Below, piece after piece: positions 1-11,859 of a DNA stretch of 31,138 nucleotides. Origin of the DNA: Amoebidium appalachense (taxonomy: Eukaryota; Protista; Ichthyosporea). Position 1 is the first letter of the stretch, and every line of letters begins with the position of its first letter. The stretch is from the NCBI GenBank assembly GCA_963693365.1, contig CAVNZM010000045.1, forward strand, positions 1 to 31,138. Reading direction: 5' to 3'. The notes under the pieces were generated by a model that did not search any database, had not been told where the DNA came from, and saw only the letters and a program-made list of their open reading frames with translations. The translations under genes and the position numbers were made by a program.

Positions 1-502
1 GCGCCCCTGCATCGACACCGTCTGGAACAGGGAGGGGTGGCAAGGGGGCAGGCTGTATGGTTGCTGGCACAGCGTCTGCCCTCTCCTCGCGCATACGCTT
101 GCGGTGATCTGCCAGGCCCTCGTGTGTGGAGCGCTGTGCATGTGCCGTCTGCCAGGTCTTCCACTTGTCGAAATGCTTCTTGATGTAGGCCGCATCCTTC
201 ATGTAGATTCCCCCAGCCACAGAGGCAGCCTTGTTGAAGTCTTGGGCCAAAGCCTCGAACAGCTGGCCGTTGGGCTTTGCATGTGCCTTGTAGGTGCCCA
301 GGAGCAGCGTGCTGAATAGCTTGCGCTCCTGAGGGGTAAGCACCGGAAGGAAGGGGATGGCCACATGTTGCTTCTGCGCCAGGAACTTGTAGTCGCCCCT
401 CAGTGCAGGGTCCGGCTGTGGTGCACCACGCGCCACCTGGTTGCCCCCCCCCCATGGCAGCACCGTCACCCTCCTCGACCTCACAGTCCTCTGGCAGAAG
501 CT

Positions 503-503
<1 letters not shown>
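1..503 (-). CDS. Partial C-terminal coding segment of the DUF6729-type gene (copy 1, runs off the window)
   Basis: Matches 6935-7440. Here the C-run at ~79-81 keeps MREERADAVP in frame, unlike copy 2. Confidence 0.6.
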
Positions 504-565
<62 letters not shown>

Positions 566-794
566 ATTCCCCGCCAAAAGAAAGCTCCACCCCAGCCCAC
601 CCCAATCTCTACCCAGCAAAAACACATACACACATATCTGGAGCTTCCTAGTTTTTGCTCGACAGGGCAAGAATTGTCCCCAAAACCCACATACTACAAA
701 CCTCTACTCACAGTGTGCCACCTCATTAAATGTGGAACCTAAGAGATTTAAAGGCCCTAGAGGGGGAGGGGGGGGGGAGGGGGGGGAGGGGGGC

Positions 795-825
<31 letters not shown>

Positions 826-912
826 GGGGGGGCGTGTGTGGGGGGGGGGGAGGGGGGGAAGGGGGCCTGGGGGAGAGTGGGGGGAGGGGGGAGAAGAGGA
901 GGGACCACACAC

Positions 913-1101
913 CGCCAAGCTCGTTTACACAAGTCCATAGGCCTCGGTACAGAGGCTCCCCATTGATGCCGGTGAGCTTCCCAATTTGGAAGGTGTGGTC
1001 GGCCTTGAGCACGTTGTTTACGGGCTTGAGCTGCGTGTCCAGGCTCTGGTACTTTGCCGTGCGGTCGCTGAACTCAGTATACACGGCACTCAGGTATTTG
1101 C
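913..1101 (-). CDS. Exon 2 of the DUF6729-type gene (copy 1)
   Basis: Identical peptide to 7842..8030. Confidence 0.7.
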
Positions 1102-1258
1102 CTGAACCCCAAGTACTGTTAGAACTCCACCACCCTCCCATCAGGACCATCCCCCCCATTCCCTCTAGTCCCTCGTGTTCATCTCACCTCTCTGTATTTT
1201 CGTAAGTCTGTATGGCTTTTCCCATCTCAAAAACGCTACACACCCATCTCCGGCCGTT

Positions 1259-1296
<38 letters not shown>

Positions 1297-1479
1297 CCTC
1301 CCGGCGCGCGCAAACCCTCCAAGTCATTGCACCAACTTTCACCTTCTTTCCCCTTTGTGCCCCATCTGCAGTTTGTCCCCTGCACGTCCGTTTGCCCTTC
1401 CCCCCACACCCTCCTGCCACTACTATAATAACCATTAAGTACCGCCACCAAGATCCAGTCTACCACCATGTGCCCCCCC

Positions 1480-1515
<36 letters not shown>

Positions 1516-1664
1516 CTCTCCACCTCCTTTCCCCCAACACACACAGACACACATGCGCACACCCACCATCTAATTTCAGGCATAACAGTTCTCCACGATT
1601 TCCCAAGCACACTCACTGGTACATGGACCGTTATGCTTTCACCCCTCTGATGATCCCTCTGCCC

Positions 1665-1698
<34 letters not shown>

Positions 1699-1791
1699 AC
1701 CACCACCACCACCACCACCACCATGACTGATTGCCACCACCACCACCTAATCCATCACCATGTCCCCCCTCCCCCCCCCCCCCCCCCTCCC

Positions 1792-1822
<31 letters not shown>

Positions 1823-2067
1823 ACACGGACCCACAAGTACACGCACACTCACAGGCGCACATCCACCACCACACATCCACCACCACCATAATAGAAACTT
1901 ATTGACCACACTTCCAAAACCCATTTCCAAGTCCCCCCCCCCCCCTAAAAAAAAAAAATAAAAAATAATAAAACAAAACCCTACCAAGCCAACCCAAAAA
2001 ATGCCCAAGCACGTGCATACAAAACAATGGGGACCATTTACACACCCAAAATGCAGTGCACACTTGC
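1102..2067 (-). other. GC-AG spliceosomal intron (copy 1)
   Basis: Donor AG|GCAAGT at 2067, branch CTAAC at 1118-1122, acceptor TTCAG at 1102. Removal restores the reading frame and the motif. Confidence 0.75.
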
Positions 2068-3216
2068 CTGAAGGCACATGTCCAGCGTAACCATTTTTGT
2101 CACCAAACGCCGAGAACTTAGCCGCCTGCTCCTCTGGGGGAAGTTCTGTCAGGCGCTGGTCGTGGGGGCGGAAATCGTTACGCTTTTTGAGTTCATACTT
2201 GGTCCAATGCAGCGCCCTCGAGTAATACAGGAGCCGCTGCTCGTCGTATCGCTGCTTGTGGAGCTCCGAGAGGAGGGTGGCAAAGGCGTTTGGGCCCACA
2301 CCTTTGTCTGCCAGTGCACGCAACAATGTTACCACCTTTAGGTCGAGCCCACTGCGGTGGCTAAGGTAGGCCGGAAACTGATCACGCATGAAGAGTGGAA
2401 GGCGTTTAATTGTCTGGGGGTTTGTGCCGGCAAAGTTTTTTTTGCATGTGTCACAAAAGTACCGGGCCGTGATAATGTAGTAGCAGCTGTCAAAGTCGAT
2501 AACACGCCGTCCTACGGGGTTGCTCATGAACCCATTGCGAGAAGTACGGTGTGGGTTGGGGTGGTTGTGGGGGTCCACGTAGTGATCATCGAAGGGGCAC
2601 GGCACCATGAAACCGGGAGACAACCTTTCCGGAAGCCAGGCAAAACATCTGGGTTTGTAGAAAGGCGCTGGATCGCCCCCAAATTTAAAGCCTATAATGG
2701 GAGGTGGAAGATGCCACCCCACAGGCGTCTTCTCATCTTTGAGACTCTCTTTCACTGTGTGCAGGTGCGACTTGATTGTTTCGCCCGCCGCGTCAGAAAA
2801 CTCCTCTCCACCGTCATCCCCGTCCGTATTATCTTCTCCCTCTTCCTCCCCTTCATCCTCGTCTACCCGGTACGCATCTGCTGCTGCATTTAGCAAAGGT
2901 TCCTCGTCGGGTTGCACCTGTATGTCTGGTGGGTGTGGAGCAGGGGCCCGATCCATTTCTCTTGGTAACGAATGGACGCTACCTGCCTCAACTACACGGG
3001 CCCTTATGTCGGCGGCCTTAGATAGAGGGGGCTGTTCGGGTTGTACGTTTACGTTTAGTTCCTGCAAAACAGCTTTGTTTGCCGTCCCAAAACCTGCAAA
3101 GTTCGCTAAAGGCTGAACAAATGCAGCATCTTTTTTTTGCGCCCAGCTCCCTCCCTAGCTCCGCCTGTTTTATGCCCAGGGCGCTGTGTTGTGCCCTTAG
3201 GGCAGCCTGGCTTCAT
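2068..3216 (-). CDS. Exon 1 of the DUF6729-type gene (copy 1), with a 1-nt frameshift in the T-run near 3131-3138
   Basis: Same sequence as 9007..10156. T8 here versus T9 in copy 2 splits the ORF into 3106..3300 and 1631..3067. Confidence 0.7.
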
Positions 3217-4421
3217 TTTAAACACTTGGGGCCTGGCCCCCTGCCCCCCTAGTGCGACTACGTTACCACAAACATTCCCGTATTCCAGTGTGCTCGGCAA
3301 TGCTGCTCATGGCCTTCCCGGACTGGTTGTGACCAGTAAAGAGCGCGCCAATTCCTGACCGCCGCCTACAGCAGTGTATGATCTGTTATCCATATTCGGC
3401 AAAAGGGGTCTTGCCCAACCAATGGCTTGAATCCTTGTAACTTTGCTTTATCCATATAAGGTTAGCTGAACACCCCCCCCTCCAATCATACCCCCCCCTT
3501 CTCTCTAGTAGTAGCTCCTGGCATGCCGCACCCCCCGACGAGGGGGCCCGGGTACCATATCAGGAGCGGGCAATTTTTGAATTCTCCCTCCCCGGCCCCG
3601 CCGGGGAAAATTTGAGGTTTTTGGACCTCAAAGAAGTCAAATCCTGCAAAATCCACTACCGGGAGGCCAAAAAGGGTGATTTTACAAAAAAGGAGGGACA
3701 TACATGAAAAAGAGAAAATGGGCGAGTTCAGTGGGCTGCCGATAAGTATATTTCGTGCTGGGCCGGTATACATGCTGCCGTGGTTGTTGCTGTAGACGGC
3801 AGTATGGCATCGCATGTGTCACGTGACCTGCACGTGAATGCGACCATGTGCAGGCACTGAGTCTAGGGGGATTTGTATGTGTGTTTTGGAGCACCGACAA
3901 GGCAGAGCCAGGGTGAGGGATGTGTAAACATGGAGTTTAGGGAGATCGTGCTGCTATTGTAACATGTGCACAAAACAGCCACGTGCACCGGCACACTCCG
4001 GTGTACAGAACAATAATATGCACATGCGTCACTGTAATATCATGTATGCGCATGCCGCACAAGGTTTAGGAGACCACCACAGTATATACTATTTTCTTTT
4101 GGTTGATATCCATGTAGGAATGGTGTGTTGCAGTTGTCATGATCAGCCTGAGGCAGGCACGTGCACTCACTGAATCACTAGAACTCATGAATAAAAAATA
4201 CATTCGCTAAAAACGGCAAGGTAAATTTGGGGCCAAGCTATTATTTCCCCCTTTTAAACGTTTTTTTAGCTCCAAGAACTTCGACGCCAAAATTTCTATA
4301 TTTGGCCATCGTATATGATAATGAACACGTGTACTTAAATTAAAGTAGTTATATAAATATGAGCGGCCCGTTACAAATACAGTGACGAAAAACAGTGACC
4401 CACGAGCAGTTTTTCTTTCTA

Positions 4422-4475
<54 letters not shown>

Positions 4476-5689
4476 ACACACACACCAGACACACACACCA
4501 CCACCACGGTGACCACCACCACCACCACCACCACCACTCACCCCTTAAAAAAACCACACACATACGTGCACGTGTACACACACACACAGAACACCACCAC
4601 CACCTCCACTGGACCCCATTTCCTCGTTGTTTTCTTAAGCCTTCAGACCAGTCCTGCACACTGGAGTTAAACAATTGAATTCACCTAGGCTGACATGCAT
4701 CCACCCCCGCCTTCCACTCTCCCCCTCCCCCCCACCCCCACCCCCCACCCCCCCCCCACCCCCACCCCCTCCCCCTCGATGAAGAAGGGCCCCCGTAAGC
4801 CTTGGGGGGGGGGGGGGAGGGGGGGAAGGGGAAGGGGGAGCTCTTGAGCCTCCGGGTAGGGAAGTGGGGTCCGGGGATCCGGAGAGGGGAGGGGGGGGGG
4901 GGGGGGGGGGGGGAAGGGGCATATAATATTGGGCCTAGATATCATAGTATGGGGCCCCGGGGGAGGGAGAGGTGGGGGGGGAGGGGGGAGGATCCACGGG
5001 AAAGACCTTTAGGTGCATGTTCTTATTTATACCCCCTTCGAATCATCCCCCCTCCTCCCCCCCCCTCCCCCCCCCTGAGTGCAGGCCGTGACGTAGCTAC
5101 GATAACCCTGCAGAAGGCAACAAAAATGTATTAATTACTAGCACTATACATGTGTTCATAGTGCAGCTTGCACCACGTATGATCTCAGCAACTTTAAAGT
5201 AGTCACAAAGTTTAGTTATTTTCATTATTTTCATTGCTCTGAACTCTATTACTCTGAAATGATCACCGTGCATGTGCCGCAAGATAACAACCCTATATGT
5301 GTGCAGCTGCTGCCTGCAGGTTAGACTCGCTGAAAAGACAATTGTCAGTGTGCATCCGACGCTTGCAGCTGCAGCTAGCCTCTGCAACATTAATACTTGC
5401 CAAGTGAATGCTCTTACACTTGATCATCATTCACTCAAAAAACCGAGGACCGACAGATTAAATATTAATGTCGATCCGAATGATCAGCAAGTGTCTATGC
5501 GTACTACTATATATACACACACGTAAAATGCGAAGCTATCAGTTACAAGGCACACCTGCTGCACTGGCACACATACACATACACACCGGCAGATCGATGC
5601 TGTCAAAATTTACTTTCATGTACTTCGTAGGTCCGACACAGGTGCACATGAACACGTACATATGTACAAGCCGCGCACACACCACACCA

Positions 5690-5815
5690 CACATACACAC
5701 ACACACACACACACTCACACACACACACGCACACACGCACACACGCACACACGCACACACGCACGCACGCACGCACACACACACACACACGCACGCACGC
5801 GCGCGCGCGCGCGCG

Positions 5816-5880
<65 letters not shown>

Positions 5881-5902
5881 GACACACACACACACACACA
5901 CA
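5690..5902. repeat. (CA)n/(CG)n microsatellite
   Basis: Directly visible dinucleotide runs. Confidence 0.95.
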
Positions 5903-6206
5903 TCACTGGGTGCGCTCGCTGGGGATTAGTTTTTTGGCACGCTGTTGACTTTATCGTGTGTTTATTATTTGCTATTTATTGGCCAGCGGCCAACATTTAA
6001 AAATATACTATATACCTAAAAATAGATACTGACTACGGCCAGCAGACATTATACACCTTCCAGGACACATTAACACCAATAGTCTAACACACCATACTCT
6101 CGATCACAAAGAATTCCTAACAAACAGAGAAAAGTGCAAAGGCTCTGTACTATTACTCAGATTCTAAATTTTAATTCTTTACAGTAAACTTCGGAATGAA
6201 AGCTAG

Positions 6207-6251
<45 letters not shown>

Positions 6252-6337
6252 CCCCTAACATGACTGTACGAAGAACAGGTATAGCTTGAAGCACTACAAC
6301 ACATATGAGATCCGTTACATTGGTGTACATTCCAATA

Positions 6338-7438
6338 TTAGACACTAGTTTGGCTACTCTGACTACTCTGAGATCCTGATTGGCTGCCTGCAGACTTGCG
6401 GCCACGATTACTTTGCTTTCGATCGTGCCATTGCAGCTGCGTCTCTCCAGCAGGTGGCAACGCCAGGCCCAGCACAGCAGATGCACGAGAAGGGGGTGGG
6501 AACTGCCCACCAGCCGAGGGCTGGCCCACATGGCCCAAGTAAGGATGGGGACCGTGCTGCGGCAGTAGCCCAGGCATGGGGAAGGCAGGGCCGGGCTGAG
6601 GCGGCATGATGCCCCACGGTGGGGGCCAGCCATGTGGGTGGTGCGGGCCTGGATGGGGTGCAGGGGGCATGTGCGGCACATGGCCCTGCTGCATGTCAAG
6701 CGCGGGTGCTGGTGGCATGGCATCCTGATTGGCTGCAACCCAACGTGGGCAGCTCTTGGCCCGATTGGAGCCGGGGCAGCCCCTTGCCCTGGCGGCCACA
6801 CGTCTTGCAGGTCTTGGGGGCTCTCTGGGGTGGCTGCATAGGAGGGGGCACCGGCAAATCCATCTGCAGGGGCCCCTCAGGGCCAATGTTGCGATGCTTT
6901 TTGCCCACTAGCATGGGCAAGGGCCGCTCACGCTGCGCCCCTGCATCGACACCGTCTGGAACAGGGAGGGGTGGCAAGGGGGCAGGCCGTATGGTTGCTG
7001 GCACAGCGTCTGCCCCCTCTCCTCGCGCATACGCTTGCGGTGATCTGCCAGGCCCTCGTGTGTGGAGCGCTGTGCATGTGCCGTCTGCCAGGTCTTCCAC
7101 TTGTCGAAATGCTTCTTGATGTAGGCCGCATCCTTCATGTAGATTCCCCCAGCCACAGAGGCAGCCTTGTTGAAGTCTTGGGCCAAAGCCTCGAACAGCT
7201 GGCCGTTGGGCTTTGCATGTGCCTTGTAGGTGCCCAGGAGCAGCGTGCTGAATAGCTTGCGCTCCTGAGGGGTAAGCACCGGAAGGAAGGGGATGGCCAC
7301 ATGTTGCTTCTGCGCCAGGAACTTGTAGTCGCCCCTCAGTGCAGGGTCCGGCTGTGGTGCACCACGCGCCACCTGGTTGCCCCCCCCCCATGGCAGCACC
7401 GTCACCCTCCTCGACCTCACAGTCCTCTGGCAGAAGCT

Positions 7439-7440
<2 letters not shown>
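6338..7440 (-). CDS. C-terminal coding segment of the DUF6729-type gene (frameshifted in homopolymers)
   Basis: YKFLAQKQHVAIPFLPVLTPQERKLF..FN..IYMKDAAYIKKHFDKW, then KTCKTCG..CPGSNRAKSC (Cys knuckle) and a Pro/His-rich tail to the stop at 6338. Spread over three ORFs (6908..7591, 6696..7526, 6338..6886) joined at G/C runs. Confidence 0.6.
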
Positions 7441-7485
<45 letters not shown>

Positions 7486-7724
7486 ATTCCCCGCCAAAAG
7501 AAAGCTCCACCCCCAGCCCACCCCAATCTCTACCCAGCAAAAACACATACACACATATCTGGAGCTTCCTAGTTTTTGCTCGACAGGGCAAGAATTGTCC
7601 CCAAAACCCACATACTACAAACCTCTACTCACAGTGTGCCACCTCATTAAATGTGGAGCCTAAGAGATTTAAAGGCCCTAGGGGAGGGGGGAGGGGGGGG
7701 GGAGGGGGGGGGAGGGGGGGGCGT

Positions 7725-7755
<31 letters not shown>

Positions 7756-7841
7756 TGGGGGTGTGGGGGGGGGGGGGGGGAGGGGGGAAGGGGGCCTGGG
7801 GGAGAGTGGGGGGAGGGGGGAGAAGAGGAGGGACCACACAC

Positions 7842-8030
7842 CGCCAAGCTCGTTTACACAAGTCCATAGGCCTCGGTACAGAGGCTCCCCATTGATGCCG
7901 GTGAGCTTCCCAATTTGGAAGGTGTGGTCGGCCTTGAGCACGTTGTTTACGGGCTTGAGCTGCGTGTCCAGGCTCTGGTACTTTGCCGTGCGGTCGCTGA
8001 ACTCAGTATACACGGCACTCAGGTATTTGC
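7842..8030 (-). CDS. Exon 2 of the DUF6729-type gene (copy 2)
   Basis: Joins exon 1 in frame: VPSG-KYLSAVYTEF..VLKADHTFQIGKLTGINGEPLYRGLWTCVNELG, resembling the L.DHxxK..NGEP..T..NE.G motif with the first putative catalytic Asp. Branch CTAAC and TTCAG acceptor upstream. The 3' boundary (G|GTGTGT) is less certain. Confidence 0.7.
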
Positions 8031-8187
8031 CTGAACCCCAAGTACTGTTAGAACTCCACCACCCTCCCATCAGGACCATCCCCCCCATTCCCTCTAGTCC
8101 CTCGTGTTCATCTCACCTCTCTGTATTTTCGTAAGTCTGTATGGCTTTTCCCATCTCAAAAACGCTACACACCCATCTCCGGCCGTT

Positions 8188-8228
<41 letters not shown>

Positions 8229-8433
8229 CCCCGCCTCCCGGCGCGCGCAAACCCTCCAAGTCATTGCACCAACTTTCACCTTCTTTCCCCTTTGTGCCCC
8301 ATCTGCAGTTTGTCCCCTGCACGTCCGTTTGCCCTTCCCCCCACACCCTCCTGCCACTACTATAATAACCATTAAGTACCGCCACCAAGATCCAGTCTAC
8401 CACCATGTGCCCCCCCCCCCCCCCCCCCCCCCC

Positions 8434-8468
<35 letters not shown>

Positions 8469-8731
8469 CTCTCCACCTCCTTTCCCCCAACACACACAGA
8501 CACACATGCGCACACCCACCATCTAATTTCAGGCATAACAGTTCTCCACGATTTCCCAAGCACACTCACTGGTACATGGACCGTTATGCTTTCACCCCTC
8601 TGATGATCCCTCTGCCCCCCCTCCCCCCCCCCCCCCCCCCCCCCCCCACCACCACCACCACCACCACCACCATGACTGATTGCCACCACCACCACCTAAT
8701 CCATCACCATGTCCCCCTCCCCCTCCCCCCC

Positions 8732-8762
<31 letters not shown>

Positions 8763-9006
8763 ACACGGACCCACAAGTACACGCACACTCACAGGCGCAC
8801 ATCCACCACCACACATCCACCACCACCATAATAGAAACTTATTGACCACACTTCCAAAACCCATTTCCAAGTCCCCCCCCCCCCCTAAAAAAAAAAATAA
8901 AAAATAATAAAACAAAACCCTACCAAGCCAACCCAAAAAATGCCCAAGCACGTGCATACAAAACAATGGGGACCATTTACACACCCAAAATGCAGTGCAC
9001 ACTTGC
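8031..9006 (-). other. GC-AG spliceosomal intron (copy 2)
   Basis: Same signals as in copy 1. Confidence 0.75.
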
Positions 9007-10156
9007 CTGAAGGCACATGTCCAGCGTAACCATTTTTGTCACCAAACGCCGAGAACTTAGCCGCCTGCTCCTCTGGGGGAAGTTCTGTCAGGCGCTGGTC
9101 GTGGGGGCGGAAATCGTTACGCTTTTTGAGTTCATACTTGGTCCAATGCAGCGCCCTCGAGTAATACAGGAGCCGCTGCTCGTCGTATCGCTGCTTGTGG
9201 AGCTCCGAGAGGAGGGTGGCAAAGGCGTTTGGGCCCACACCTTTGTCTGCCAGTGCACGCAACAATGTTACCACCTTTAGGTCGAGCCCACTGCGGTGGC
9301 TAAGGTAGGCCGGAAACTGATCACGCATGAAGAGTGGAAGGCGTTTAATTGTCTGGGGGTTTGTGCCGGCAAAGTTTTTTTTGCATGTGTCACAAAAGTA
9401 CCGGGCCGTGATAATGTAGTAGCAGCTGTCAAAGTCGATAACACGCCGTCCTACGGGGTTGCTCATGAACCCATTGCGAGAAGTACGGTGTGGGTTGGGG
9501 TGGTTGTGGGGGTCCACGTAGTGATCATCGAAGGGGCACGGCACCATGAAACCGGGAGACAACCTTTCCGGAAGCCAGGCAAAACATCTGGGTTTGTAGA
9601 AAGGCGCTGGATCGCCCCCAAATTTAAAGCCTATAATGGGAGGTGGAAGATGCCACCCCACAGGCGTCTTCTCATCTTTGAGACTCTCTTTCACTGTGTG
9701 CAGGTGCGACTTGATTGTTTCGCCCGCCGCGTCAGAAAACTCCTCTCCACCGTCATCCCCGTCCGTATTATCTTCTCCCTCTTCCTCCCCTTCATCCTCG
9801 TCTACCCGGTACGCATCTGCTGCTGCATTTAGCAAAGGTTCCTCGTCGGGTTGCACCTGTATGTCTGGTGGGTGTGGAGCAGGGGCCCGATCCATTTCTC
9901 TTGGTAACGAATGGACGCTACCTGCCTCAACTACACGGGCCCTTATGTCGGCGGCCTTAGATAGAGGGGGCTGTTCGGGTTGTACGTTTACGTTTAGTTC
10001 CTGCAAAACAGCTTTGTTTGCCGTCCCAAAACCTGCAAAGTTCGCTAAAGGCTGAACAAATGCAGCATCTTTTTTTTTGCGCCCAGCTCCCTCCCTAGCT
10101 CCGCCTGTTTTATGCCCAGGGCGCTGTGTTGTGCCCTTAGGGCAGCCTGGCTTCAT
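9007..10156 (-). CDS. Exon 1 of a DUF6729-type putative transposase-like gene (copy 2)
   Basis: Probable ATG at 10156 (MKPGCPKG...GGAREGAGRKKK), then an acidic linker, then FAWLP..CP..GRRVIDFDSCYYIITARYFCDTC..F..IKRLP..FPAYLSHRSG..LSELH..Y. This is the pattern I recall for DUF6729 proteins. Ends at donor CAG|GCAAGT. Confidence 0.75.
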
Positions 10157-11318
10157 TTTAAACACTTGGGGCCTGGCCCCCTGCCCCCCTAGTGCGACTA
10201 CGTTACCGCAAACATTCCCGTATTCCAGTGTGCTCGGCAATGCTGCTCATGGCCTTCCCGGACTGGTTGTGACCAGTAAAGAGCGCGCCAATTCCTGACC
10301 GCCGCCTACAGCAGTGTATGATCTGTTATCCATATTCGGCAAAAGGGGTCTTGCCCAACCAATGGCTTGAATCCTTGTAACTTTGCTTTATCCATATAAG
10401 GTTAGCTGAACACCCCCCCTCCAATCATACCCCCCCTTCTCTCTAGTAGTAGCTCCTGGCATGCCGCACCCCCCGACGAGGGCGCAAATGAGACAATGGG
10501 CGCCTATGCCGTCCAAATACCCAAAATCCAAACCCAGATTTTAAACCCAGATGTCACGCATGCAGCATGACCGCCGCCTCGCACCACGCCTATGAAGAAA
10601 CCGTTAAGAATATATACTATAATAAGGCATTATAAAACGTACAAATATTAATGTTATCTAATGAGAAAATATTTCTAGGCCTAAACTATACCAGAAATAT
10701 GCTTAACATCTTAGTTCTTGGCGTTTTTTTGCTTCATCTTGTTGTCACTGAAGATTTGGGTTTGGGTTTGGGAATCTGGAAGACCCCCCCCCCCCCCCCC
10801 CTCTAGATTCCTATCCCAAACCCAGATTTTGAACCGTGAAACCCAAATCACCTGCCTTATTTGGAAAAGATGTGCTATCAAAGGGGCGCTTTTCTTATAA
10901 CATTCAGGTGCTCGATGGTGATCTATGGCATATCCGACCACGCGATGATTGGTAGCAGATTGAAACGCAATATTTCACTACTAATATTAAATAAAACTGA
11001 TCTCGGCGGAGCCTCGAACTGTGGCCCAATCTCCATACGAGGCAGTGGGGAAGCGTAGCGCGCGCGCGCGCGCGTGTGTGTGTGCGTGTGTGGGGGAGGT
11101 GAAGGAGAGGCGGGTTGGGGGAGGAGGTAGAAGAGGTATCGGGTAGGGAGAGGGAAGTTGCATGTGTGTGTGCGGGCGGGGGAGCTACCATATGAGAGGA
11201 GTTAGGCACTTATGCAGTGCGGGTGTGTTGATTTGTGTGTGTTGGGTGTTATGGGTGTGTGTGTGTGGGTTGGGGGGGGGGGGGGGGGGGAGGGGAAGGG
11301 GAAGGGGAGAGGATGCAG

Positions 11319-11320
<2 letters not shown>

Positions 11321-11385
<65 letters not shown>

Positions 11386-11440
11386 TGTGCACACACATGT
11401 GTGTGTGTGTGTGTGTGCGTGCGTGTGTGTCTGCAGTGCG

Positions 11441-11510
<70 letters not shown>

Positions 11511-11540
11511 TGTGTGTGTGTTTGTGTGTGTTTGCGTGTA
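11321..11540. repeat. (TG)n microsatellite
   Basis: Directly visible. Confidence 0.95.
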
Positions 11541-11859
11541 CATGATATGGTATGCGCGTGTGAGTGGTAGGAACATGTTTAGGGAGTGGCTGTTGATAAA
11601 CACTCTCCCCACGGCAACAGAAAGACATTTTCTTTGCAGCCATTCCAGTCATTAAACAACAACCAATTACGTTTCACTACCGGCATACCAGTGATAAATA
11701 ACCGTAAACAACCGTACGTAGGTATGATGTAGTAGGAAGGCTGTACCTGTTGCTGTCGCGGTGTTGTTGTCGACGGTGATTTAGGGATTTATGAAATCAC
11801 CATGCGTTAAAGTTGGAGTTGAAAGCAATTGTGTTCCTATTGCGTGGAAGTACACTGGA

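Larger units (their letters stand above)
1..3544. repeat. Copy 1 (cut by window edge) of a large direct duplication, period ~6.94 kb
   Basis: Position 1 aligns with 6935. Identity continues to ...ccccccgacgaggg at 3544/10482. Differences are mostly homopolymer lengths plus a few substitutions. Confidence 0.97.
6935..10482. repeat. Copy 2 of the large direct duplication
   Basis: Near-identical to 1-3544; ORFs 2357..2893 and 9296..9832 translate identically. Confidence 0.97.

Noticed and set aside
365-1961. Poly-Pro/Gly/His ORFs (formin- or extensin-like)
   Set aside because: Translations of C/G homopolymers and CAC repeats, open in most frames and not conserved in frame between the duplicates.
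2078-3116. Plus-strand ORFs (87-178 aa) and their copies at 9017-10055
   Set aside because: Antisense to the motif-bearing minus-strand exon; no recognisable features.
3542-4965. Terminal inverted repeats for a separate element (GGGGGCCCGGG at 3542, GGGGCCCCGGG at ~4951)
   Set aside because: Only short GC palindromes; no extended inverted match or TSD found.
10756-10773. Telomere-like (TTTGGG)3
   Set aside because: Only three units, and part of a local inverted motif cluster.
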